A DNA stretch of 32,000 nucleotides from Candidatus Wolframiiraptor gerlachensis (GTDB lineage: Archaea > Thermoproteota > Nitrososphaeria_A > Caldarchaeales > Wolframiiraptoraceae): NCBI GenBank assembly GCA_021323375.2, contig JAJPCT020000026.1, positions 8,877 to 40,876 of the forward strand, given 5' to 3'. Position 1 is the stretch's first letter; each line of letters opens with the position of its first letter. The notes under the pieces are model-generated. The model did no database searches. It had not been told where the DNA came from and saw nothing but the letters and a program-made list of their open reading frames with translations. The position numbers and the translations under genes were made by a program. Of this stretch, positions 24,494-32,000 are shown piece by piece.

Positions 24494-26446
24494 TTGGTGA
24501 GAGGATTGGAGCCTGCATCATATTTTGAGCTCAGGAGGGCTCTTAGGGAGATCTCGGGCCTAATAGTTGGAGCTAGGATTCTCAAGCTCTATCACATGGA
24601 TGATGGATCGATTATTCTCAAGCTTAGGTCTGAGAGTTTTTCTGGGGAACTTAGGATAGTGCCGGGCCTATTCTTCTACTTTGTTCATGGTGGCTATGAG
24701 AAGCCCATTGAGCTTTCGCAGGTTGGTAAGATGATGAGGAGCCTGATTGAGGGCATGAGGATAAGTGGAGCTAGCTTGGTCGAGGGTGAGAGAATTCTGA
24801 TAATGGAGCTGGAGGGCAGGCAGAGGCTCAATATGATCTGCGAGTTCCTCCCAAAGGGGACTATCGTGGTCTCGGATGAGGCTGGCAGGATACTTGCATG
24901 CCTTCAGAGGCTGGAGATGCGGGATAGGCGGATAGCTCCCGGGGAGCGGTATATTCTCCCACCACTCAAGCCGGCGCCCTCGCTCGAGACCTTGAAAGAG
25001 GTTTTGGAGAGGCGGCATGCGCCAGAGAAGAAGATCGTATCCATCCTCGCCTCGGAGGCCGGGCTTGGTGGAAGATATGCCGAGGAGATATTACAGCTCG
25101 CTGGGATCAGTCGCTCGAGAAAGATTAGCGAGCTTAGCGCGGAGGAGGTCTCTAGGATATTGGAGGTAGCACGAGAGGTCTTCGCGATGATTGATAATGG
25201 CCAGCCAGTTGTAGCCTTCTCCCCCGATGGCGTGGTCCAGCCGCTACCATACCCCATGAAGATCTATGAGTCTAGAGGCTGGAGATTTGAAAGGGTTGAA
25301 AGCCTGAATGACGCCTTCAGGATCGCATATGAGCATTACCTGGCCAGCATGCTCGAGCAGGAAAAGAGGAGGGTTTTGGAGGAGAAGCTTAGGGATCTCG
25401 AGAAGAGGATTGGGGAGAGGCGAGCTAAAGCTGATGAGCTCTCGGCTCGGGCAATAGGGTTAAGGAGGATTGCTGAGAAGCTCTTTCAAGCATCGGGCCA
25501 AATCGAATCCCTAAAGCATGTGCCGGGGAAACATGATATTGATGGGATGAGGATAAGCGTTGATGAAAGGAGCAGGAAGATGCTTGTCTCCGATGATGGC
25601 GTCGAGGTCGAACTGAGTCCAGATGAGCCGATTATGAGGCAGGTCTCACGGATATTCGATGAGGCCAAGAAGGTGATGAGCGCGGCGGAGAAGCTGAGGG
25701 CGGAGGCCGATGAGCTTGAGAAGCGCGTTGAAAAGCTTAGGGAGTTAATGAGGAAGTCTGCTGAGGAGCTGCTGCTTAGGGTGTCTGCGAGGATTAAGCC
25801 TAGCAGGGCCAAGTGGTATGAGAGGTATAGGTGGTTCATCACGTCCGAGGGCTTCCTTGCAGTGGCTGGTAAGGATGCATCAAGCAACATAGCCCTCCTG
25901 AAGAAGCACTTGGAGCCCGATGACCTGGTTTTTCACGCGGAGGTTAGGGGGGCCGCGGCGGTCATCCTGAAGAATGGAAGATCATCCAGCGAGCAGTCGA
26001 GGATAGAGGCAGCGCAGTTCGCCGCGGTCTATAGCAGGGCATGGAAAGAGGGTTTGAGAACGATGACGGTCTATTATGTCGAGCCGGACCAGATATCCTT
26101 TGAGCCGCCGTCGGGCCATTACCTCCCGAGAGGAGGCTTCATCATAAAGGGCGAGAGACATTATATTCAAACAAGGCTTGAGCTGGCAATAGGGATCACG
26201 GAGGATCTCGAGCTAGTATATGGCCCGCCAACAGCCGTGGCCGAGAGAGCCAAATCATATGTGAAGCTCGAGCCGGGGAGTAAACATGCAGACGAGCTCG
26301 CGGACATGATCCTCAAAAAACTCCTCCCAGGCGTCGAGCTGGACTTAAAAACAATAAGGGATCTAAAGGAGCAGATAAAGGAGATAATACCATATGGAAG
26401 AGGAAATCTAGTTGAGGCCGTCGAAGAGCTGGGAATTAAGAAATGA
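24494..26446 (+). CDS. NFACT-family protein (Rqc2/FbpA homologue; ribosome quality control)
   Basis: An N-terminal NFACT-N-like region and a long coiled-coil middle are followed by the NFACT-R/DUF814 motif WFITSEGFLAVAGKDASSNIALLKKHLEPDDLVFHAEVRGAAAVILK. The protein is 650 aa. Confidence 0.85.
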   Translation: MVRGLEPASYFELRRALREISGLIVGARILKLYHMDDGSIILKLRSESFSGELRIVPGLFFYFVHGGYEKPIELSQVGKMMRSLIEGMRISGASLVEGERILIMELEGRQRLNMICEFLPKGTIVVSDEAGRILACLQRLEMRDRRIAPGERYILPPLKPAPSLETLKEVLERRHAPEKKIVSILASEAGLGGRYAEEILQLAGISRSRKISELSAEEVSRILEVAREVFAMIDNGQPVVAFSPDGVVQPLPYPMKIYESRGWRFERVESLNDAFRIAYEHYLASMLEQEKRRVLEEKLRDLEKRIGERRAKADELSARAIGLRRIAEKLFQASGQIESLKHVPGKHDIDGMRISVDERSRKMLVSDDGVEVELSPDEPIMRQVSRIFDEAKKVMSAAEKLRAEADELEKRVEKLRELMRKSAEELLLRVSARIKPSRAKWYERYRWFITSEGFLAVAGKDASSNIALLKKHLEPDDLVFHAEVRGAAAVILKNGRSSSEQSRIEAAQFAAVYSRAWKEGLRTMTVYYVEPDQISFEPPSGHYLPRGGFIIKGERHYIQTRLELAIGITEDLELVYGPPTAVAERAKSYVKLEPGSKHADELADMILKKLLPGVELDLKTIRDLKEQIKEIIPYGRGNLVEAVEELGIKK

Positions 26447-26468
26447 TGTTCACAGAGCGCATGAAGTC

Positions 26469-27089
26469 TCAGGGATGGGCTAGAGCTTCCTCAAGCTCCC
26501 TCAATTTATCTTCTGTGACAAATACCGGCAGTTCTCCTAGGTAGATTAGGTCATCTCGATACCATGGCCCCTCTACCCATATTGCCGCCTTGCATATCGG
26601 TCTTCCCCCAGCTCTCTTAACAAGCTTTTCCAGCGCGTTTATTGTTCCACCCGTTGAGACGACATCATCGAGTATACAGACCCTCTTGCCAGAGACCTCC
26701 TTGACATCTTCCTTGGTTAACACCATTATCTGCCTCTCCCTCGTGGTTATAGACTTAACCTCCTCAATGAGATAATCCATCATGTATGCTTTGATGCTTT
26801 TCCTAGCCACGACAAGCCTCTTATGGGCTAGCGATTTCGCGACCTCATATGCGAAGGCTATGGCCTTAGCCTCCGGGGTAACTATGATGTCGGGCCCCAA
26901 CGGCTTTAGCCTCTCCGCAATAGCCCTCGCCGCCGCCGAGATGAACTCTATATCGCCGAAAATTATCCCACCGTTAGAGGCTATCCATAAGCCCTCATCA
27001 ACCTGAACTAGGGGCAGATGCCTGACGACGCCAGCCACACAAACCCTATGAGATTCCTGGCCCCTGTATAGCTCAACGCGCTCAAGCAT
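26469..27089 (-). CDS. Phosphoribosyltransferase (type I PRT, Apt/purine-PRT-like)
   Basis: The PRPP-binding motif VCILDDVVSTGGTINA is present, and the upstream part is similar to the Apt/PurR C-terminal core (IIVTPEAKAIAFAYEVA). It starts 1 nt after the EcfT stop. Confidence 0.8.
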   Translation of the reverse strand: MLERVELYRGQESHRVCVAGVVRHLPLVQVDEGLWIASNGGIIFGDIEFISAAARAIAERLKPLGPDIIVTPEAKAIAFAYEVAKSLAHKRLVVARKSIKAYMMDYLIEEVKSITTRERQIMVLTKEDVKEVSGKRVCILDDVVSTGGTINALEKLVKRAGGRPICKAAIWVEGPWYRDDLIYLGELPVFVTEDKLRELEEALAHP

Positions 27090-27090
27090 C

Positions 27091-27813
27091 TTAGATCACC
27101 GCAAACAAGTAATGGAGAATTGCTAGGGTCAAGGCCGATATGAAGCCCACAATTACGACGAGGTCCAAGATCTTGAGTTCTCGACCCAGCGACCTCTTTC
27201 TATTGAGCGAAAATGCTCTGAGCTCCATCGCTAGGGTAAGCCTCTCCGCATTCTCAATACTTCTGACGAATAGGGGGATCAAAACAGGAACATAGTTCTT
27301 AATTCTCCTAAATAGCGAGCCCTTGTCCAGCTCGAGCCCTCTTGATGACTGTGCCTCCTTGATGGCTTTATAGTCCTCAGCTATGGTGTGTAGGTGCCTC
27401 ATCGTAAGGCCCAGCACGAAGACCGCCTTATATGGAAGCCTGAAGGAGTTCAGTGCATTAACAAGATCCCTCATACCAATTGTCGCGATAAATCCCAGTG
27501 AGGTCAATAATATCAGAAACAGCCTCAGGCTCATGAATACGCCGAGCTGTAGGTTGATGCCGCTCTCATGGCGCTGGAATAGAGACCATTCATGCATGAA
27601 TGACCATAATAGAAACGCGATTATGAGGAGGGGGGTCATGCCCTTTAAGCCCCTCATTATGAAACCTCGTCTATCGCTGAGGAGCAGCGCAGCCATAATA
27701 GCCGCTGCTAAGGCGGCGATCACGAGAAGATCCTTGCTTATAAAGGCCAGTGCAATAACCGAGGAAAAGGCGATAATCTTTGTTCTCGGATCGAGATCGA
27801 GGTCGACCATCAC
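27091..27813 (-). CDS. ecfT: ECF transporter T component (EcfT/CbiQ)
   Basis: DPRTKII and AQSSRGLELDKGSLFRRIKNYVPVLIPL...AMELRAF are present. There is a 4-nt overlap with the ATPase gene. Confidence 0.88.
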   Translation of the reverse strand: MMVDLDLDPRTKIIAFSSVIALAFISKDLLVIAALAAAIMAALLLSDRRGFIMRGLKGMTPLLIIAFLLWSFMHEWSLFQRHESGINLQLGVFMSLRLFLILLTSLGFIATIGMRDLVNALNSFRLPYKAVFVLGLTMRHLHTIAEDYKAIKEAQSSRGLELDKGSLFRRIKNYVPVLIPLFVRSIENAERLTLAMELRAFSLNRKRSLGRELKILDLVVIVGFISALTLAILHYLFAVI

Positions 27814-29288
27814 GTCACCACCTCCGCGAGCTCTAAGAGCTCAGCCGGAGGTTCCAGCCCTAGCTCCTCGACAATAAGCCGATTTAAGAGGATCTCCCGA
27901 GGGGATCCATCAGCCGCTATGGTGCCATCTTTCATCACTATTACTCTGTCGCTTACACTTAACGCGAAGTCGCTATCATGTGTTACCACGATTATTGTTT
28001 TGCCCATAGACTTTAGGCGGTTTATCATTGATGAGATTATCGCCAGCGTTCTTTCATCCTGTCCCGTTGTGGGCTCATCGAGTATCAGGATCTCAGGATC
28101 CATCGCGAGAGCTCCCGCTATTGATAGCCTAATCTTCTCGCCCATGCTGAGGAGATATGGTGGATCATCCTTGCGATCAATAAGGCCGAGATCCCTAAGC
28201 GCGTCCTCCGCATATTTCTCGCTTAAGCCTAGGTTCCTCGCCCCGAATACAACCTCATCCCAAACAGTCTCGCATGTTATATGCTTGTCCGGATCCTGAA
28301 AAACCATGCCCACAGACCTCGATAGCTGCGCGGTGCTATACCTCCTAGTATCTTTGCCTAGAATGATAACCCTCCCCTTAACCGGCTTGAGCAGACCATT
28401 AATATGCTTGACCAGAGTTGTTTTACCGGAGCCATTTGGCCCCATTAAAGCCACACACTGGCCCCTGAAAATCTCCAAATCAATTTCTCTCAGCGTGTAA
28501 TTCTTCTCCTTAGAGTATCTGAACCAAACATTCTCAAACGTTATTACGGGATCGCTTCCATAGGAGGGTGATGGGGATGGAACATTCTCGCGTAGTTCCA
28601 CTTCAGGCTTTATCGGCATGCTTTCTCCACTTAGGGATATTATCCTGTCAATGGAGTTTTCCAGCCCCTTGAGCCTTCTAGTCATCACGATTAGGCCCTT
28701 GCCATCCATCTTCAACATGTTAATCGTTTTAGCGAGCTCCATGATTCCTCCCCAGTCTAGATTAGCAGTCGGTTCATCCATTACCAAGTATTTCGGGGCC
28801 GTGATTATCGCGGATGCTATTGCAAGCCTCTGCTTGAGTCCGCCTGATAGCTCATGGACATAATATGTCCTATAATTCATTAGGCTGAACTTCTCCAGCG
28901 CCCACCTAACTTTCGCCTCTATCTCGCGATCATCTAGACCGAGGTTTTCTAGACTGAAGGCCAAGTCCTCCTCCACCGTGAGGCCGAAGATCTGCATCTC
29001 ATAGTTTTGCATAACGATGTTTATCAGCCTCACGTTCTCTTGAATCTTTGATGCGAGTACATTCTTATCATCAACTATGACTCTTCCCTCAACCTCAGCT
29101 TTTATCCTGTTTGGTATTATGCCGACTAGGCAGTATGCCAGCGTCGTTTTGCCTGAACCGCTTGGGCCAACGATCGCGACGGCCTCTCTGGGCTTTACCT
29201 CAAAGCTTAAGTTCCTGAAGATCCAGTCCTTATCATATCTGCATCCGAGATTCTCAACTCTAAGCCCGTCTTTGCCTATAGCCTCCAT
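27810..29288 (-). CDS. ecfA: Fused tandem ECF/ABC ATPase (EcfA-EcfA')
   Basis: There are two nucleotide-binding domains (NBDs). NBD1 has GPSGSGKTT, LSGGLKQR and LVMDEPTANLD. NBD2 has GPNGSGKTT, LSMGEKIR, LILDEPTTGQD and VTHD. They are joined by a P/S-rich linker. Confidence 0.92.
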   Translation of the reverse strand: MEAIGKDGLRVENLGCRYDKDWIFRNLSFEVKPREAVAIVGPSGSGKTTLAYCLVGIIPNRIKAEVEGRVIVDDKNVLASKIQENVRLINIVMQNYEMQIFGLTVEEDLAFSLENLGLDDREIEAKVRWALEKFSLMNYRTYYVHELSGGLKQRLAIASAIITAPKYLVMDEPTANLDWGGIMELAKTINMLKMDGKGLIVMTRRLKGLENSIDRIISLSGESMPIKPEVELRENVPSPSPSYGSDPVITFENVWFRYSKEKNYTLREIDLEIFRGQCVALMGPNGSGKTTLVKHINGLLKPVKGRVIILGKDTRRYSTAQLSRSVGMVFQDPDKHITCETVWDEVVFGARNLGLSEKYAEDALRDLGLIDRKDDPPYLLSMGEKIRLSIAGALAMDPEILILDEPTTGQDERTLAIISSMINRLKSMGKTIIVVTHDSDFALSVSDRVIVMKDGTIAADGSPREILLNRLIVEELGLEPPAELLELAEVVT

Positions 29289-29839
29289 TTTAGAAGCCTC
29301 CTCCTAAGCAGCGGCGGGACTACAGCTTTTACGACTATTGGTGTTCCAATAAGGATCGGCGGTAGATCGCTTAATGCTAGGAACATTATAGCTGGCCCGA
29401 AGGGCGCTACCCCAACCCAGTCAAAGCCTATGGCGACTATCGGCACCATGATTATGCCCGAGATAAATGAGATGATCATGATCTTGAGGAGACCTTTCGA
29501 GCTTAGAGAATCTTCGGGCTTGCAGAAGAGCCCTGGGATTAGCCCAGTCAAACCGACGCCAATTAAGTCGAATATTGGTGTGGCTGGGTTAAAGTATCCG
29601 CCTAGGACGGCCCATAACGTGTTGCCCAGCGCGCCCGCGAGGAATCCTATCACAGGGCCGAAGAGAACTCCAAAGACGCATGGGAGGAATGCCAAGACCC
29701 TCCAGTGAATAGCGCCTGGGATTAGAGGTATTGGTGCTGTTAGGAGGAAGCCCACACCAGTCACCGCTGCAGCCATAACAGTATAGGCTATGGCTGTCAG
29801 GGCATCAGGCCGAGAATATCTTATCGCTTCACTGCTCAT
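29276..29839 (-). CDS. ECF transporter substrate-capture (S) component candidate
   Basis: About 187 aa and 5-6 TM helices, G/P-rich, overlapping the ATPase start by 13 nt. I place the start at ATG 29839 (MSSEAIRY...), 27 nt from a strong TATA. The track start 29881 lies upstream of that TATA. Confidence 0.7.
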   Translation of the reverse strand: MSSEAIRYSRPDALTAIAYTVMAAAVTGVGFLLTAPIPLIPGAIHWRVLAFLPCVFGVLFGPVIGFLAGALGNTLWAVLGGYFNPATPIFDLIGVGLTGLIPGLFCKPEDSLSSKGLLKIMIISFISGIIMVPIVAIGFDWVGVAPFGPAIMFLALSDLPPILIGTPIVVKAVVPPLLRRRLLKWRL

Positions 29840-29860
29840 GGCGAATGATCCTTTACACGA

Positions 29861-29873
29861 AAATATAAAAATT
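29861..29873 (-). promoter_or_regulatory. TATA box for the ECF operon
   Basis: The minus-strand sequence aatttttatattt is centred about 27 nt upstream of ATG 29839. Confidence 0.55.
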
Positions 29874-30132
29874 CTGAGCATTTAGACATACAATTTACAC
29901 GATAATGTATAAATTCCCTTATAAGCTGATGAATCAATGGTCAGCACCTGTATACTCTTGCGAGGAAACGTAAACTAGCCTCGAACATCTTCCATACGCT
30001 CATTCTGAGAGCAATATTGTTGAGCTACTTGCGAAATATGGCGTTCTGAGTATGTGTGGGGGCTCTGTATCCTAGATGCTTTAAACATTTAAGAGTATCC
30101 GGCTATATGGTTATGTGGCAGTGGAGTAGGGC

Positions 30133-30720
30133 TTGAGGATTACTGATGAAGTGCTTGTCCGCGAGGTCATGTCAAGTCCAGTGATAGAGTGTAGCTTGGA
30201 TGAGAGCGCTCAGGAGATTGCTGAGAAGATGATGAAGTATAAGGTTGGAGCCGTCATCGTTACTTCTGATGATGGCTCGCCGCTCGGGATCATAACCAAG
30301 ACGGACTTAGTTGAGAAGGTTATCGCCAAGAATGCGAGGCCCAGCGATGTAAGGGCGAGGGATATAATGTCTACGCCACTCCACACGATAGATCCCGAGG
30401 CCAAGATCGAGGATGCTGTCAGGAAGATGAGCAAGCTCGGCGTCAGCAGGCTGGCCGTGGTCTATAAGAATAAGCTCGCGGGCATAGTAAGCCTCAAGGA
30501 CATATTACAAGTAACGCCGGAGATACTTGAGATAGTGAAGGAGAACATGAAGATAATGGGTCTCCGCCTTCTCAGGAGAAGCGGTGAAGGATACCTCGAG
30601 GGATATTGCGATAGCTGCGGAGAATGGTCGGACATGCTACTAAACGTCGAGGGCCAATATTTATGCGAGGACTGTAGGCTTGATCTCCTGAGAAGAAGAG
30701 AAGGGGAGAGTGAGGAGTAA
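30133..30720 (+). CDS. CBS-domain pair protein with C-terminal Zn-ribbon
   Basis: Two CBS repeats (VREVMSSPVIEC...; ARDIMSTPLHTI...GIVSLKDIL) are followed by CDSCGEW...LCEDC. Start candidates are TTG 30133 and GTG 30151. Confidence 0.85.
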   Translation: MRITDEVLVREVMSSPVIECSLDESAQEIAEKMMKYKVGAVIVTSDDGSPLGIITKTDLVEKVIAKNARPSDVRARDIMSTPLHTIDPEAKIEDAVRKMSKLGVSRLAVVYKNKLAGIVSLKDILQVTPEILEIVKENMKIMGLRLLRRSGEGYLEGYCDSCGEWSDMLLNVEGQYLCEDCRLDLLRRREGESEE

Positions 30721-30757
30721 TCAAGGTATTTGAGTCGCCCGAGATCTACGAACCTTA

Positions 30758-31471
30758 ATGATCAGGCTTATCTCGCTTGATGCGTGGAATACTCTACTTA
30801 GGCTTGATCTGATAACGAGGGCTATTGCTGAGAGGCTGGGCGAGCGGATCGGCATGGATGGGGAATCCATGCTCAGGGTTATGATAAGCGTTTACAGGGG
30901 GCTCAAGCCCAAGTGGGCTTCCGGGATGATCAGCGACTCGGTGATTGTGGATGCCGCTCAGCAGGCGCTCGCCGAGAAGCTCCGCATTCCGCGGGACGTG
31001 GTCTCAAGGGCCGTGGAGGACGCCTTTAGCATAATGGATCCGTGCGAGCTGGTCTACCCTGATGCATGGAGCACCTTAGAGGATTTATCAAGGGAGTTTA
31101 GGCTCGCGATAGTCAGCAACGTCTTCTACTGGCCTGGAAGGCTGACGAAGAGGGTCATAGAGGGCGCAGGGCTCTCGCGATTCCTCGAAGCGCAGCTATA
31201 CGCGGACGAGGTCGGCATAGGCAAGCCGGATAGAAGGATATTCATGAAACTATGCGATTCGATGGGGGTCTCGAGCGAGGAGGCGGCGCATGCCGGGGAC
31301 GAGCTCATGGAGGATATTGGAGGGGCCATCTCATCCGGGATGAAGGCGATTCTCATAAGACGAAATGCTGAGAAGCCCTTGATAATCGGGGAGCTGGGCC
31401 TCGCGATTATACCCAGACTCTCAGATCTAGGATATGTCCTGATGATGCTTCAGCAGCGCGCTGAAACATAA
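30758..31471 (+). CDS. HAD-superfamily hydrolase, subfamily IA (REG-2/dehalogenase-like motif I variant)
   Basis: Motif I is LISLDAWNTLL, motif II is IVSN, motif III is GIGKPD, and motif IV is GDELMEDIGGA. Confidence 0.8.
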   Translation: MIRLISLDAWNTLLRLDLITRAIAERLGERIGMDGESMLRVMISVYRGLKPKWASGMISDSVIVDAAQQALAEKLRIPRDVVSRAVEDAFSIMDPCELVYPDAWSTLEDLSREFRLAIVSNVFYWPGRLTKRVIEGAGLSRFLEAQLYADEVGIGKPDRRIFMKLCDSMGVSSEEAAHAGDELMEDIGGAISSGMKAILIRRNAEKPLIIGELGLAIIPRLSDLGYVLMMLQQRAET

Positions 31472-31504
31472 AAGATAGCATCACATCCTTACATTATTGT
31501 AGGC

Positions 31505-31972
31505 GTGGGCGTAGAGGGGTCGAGGAGCTGTAGATTCGTCGCGGATGCCATGCTCAAGAACATAGTCTCATGGCTAAGGATACTCGGATACGATACGATT
31601 TACTGGGGTGGGGGTGATAGGGAGGTTCTAGGCATAGCTGAGGCTGAGGGCCGGGTTATACTCACCATGGATAGGGGCCTAGCGGCGATTGCCGCGAGAA
31701 GGGGGCTAAGAGCATTCTTATTCCAGGAGAACGATATACCCGGGATCCTCGCGAGAATTGCGCGTGAGCTTGGCCTAAGCCTGAGCTTCGACCCGAGACA
31801 CACAAGATGCCCAGTCTGTAATCACCCGCTAAACTTGGAGCATAGGTCTGGCAGGGAGGAGTGGGTTTGCCCCGGATGCGGCAAGAAGTATTGGCGTGGG
31901 TCTCACTGGAGGAACATAAGCCGGACGCTTGAGGAGGCCAGGAGAAGGCTTTCAAATTCTTCAACAACATGA
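31505..31972 (+). CDS. Mut7-C/DUF82 PIN-like RNase domain protein with C-terminal Zn-ribbon
   Basis: RFVADAMLKNIVSWLRILGYDT, ILTMDRGL and CPVCN...CPGCGKKYWRGSHW are present. The start is GTG. Confidence 0.8.
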   Translation: MGVEGSRSCRFVADAMLKNIVSWLRILGYDTIYWGGGDREVLGIAEAEGRVILTMDRGLAAIAARRGLRAFLFQENDIPGILARIARELGLSLSFDPRHTRCPVCNHPLNLEHRSGREEWVCPGCGKKYWRGSHWRNISRTLEEARRRLSNSSTT

Positions 31973-32000
31973 CGCTCGCGGAATTTTAAATATCTAGGAT

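Noticed and set aside
29926-30008. C/D-box sRNA-like elements in the 250-bp spacer: CUGAUGA at 29926-29932 and CUGA at 30005-30008 and 30046-30049.
   Set aside because: The spacing is about 80 nt or more, too long for archaeal C/D sRNAs. I see no internal C'/D' boxes, no terminal stem complementarity, and the C box has C instead of R at position 1.
1-32000. Search for CRISPR arrays, tRNA/rRNA genes, transposases/integrases, terminal inverted repeats, and toxin-antitoxin or defence islands.
   Set aside because: There are no regularly spaced direct repeats, no cloverleaf-compatible GC-rich segments in the gaps, and no recombinase or defence-type domains among the ORFs. The window looks like core genome.

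Overview
All calls rest on reading the sequence and recalling family motifs; no searches were run. The window is a gene-dense core chromosomal segment of an archaeon. The evidence is RadA, archaeal-type apgM, a GPN-loop GTPase, DUF373, a COG1340-like coiled-coil protein, THEP1, Trm1, an NFACT/Rqc2 homologue, AGG/AGA/ATA-rich codon usage suggesting a thermophile, and TATA-like boxes about 30 nt upstream of many start codons (leaderless transcripts). I support 41 protein-coding genes. Two are absent from the supplied ORF track: a partial trm1 running off the left edge, and a 59-aa zinc-ribbon ORF. I found no rRNA, tRNA, CRISPR array, transposase, integrase or other mobile-element signature, and no recognisable defence system. 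Genes are tightly packed, with many ATGA/TGATG overlaps. The main leads are: (1) a four-gene, translationally coupled ECF transporter operon (S component, fused EcfA-A', EcfT) ending in a phosphoribosyltransferase; (2) a MobB-like P-loop protein fused to an RnfB-type Fe-S domain and coupled to an orphan second EcfT; (3) a THUMP-less, rhodanese-less minimal ThiI next to a cysteine desulfurase; (4) a Zn-ribbon / 98-aa / GPN-GTPase / coiled-coil operon whose 98-aa protein ends in a ribosomal-stalk-like tail; (5) an unknown acidic-tailed protein coupled to radA; (6) a 456-bp AT-rich intergenic region containing a GC-rich structured island that may be a small RNA. None of these is proven, and most of the window is ordinary housekeeping.
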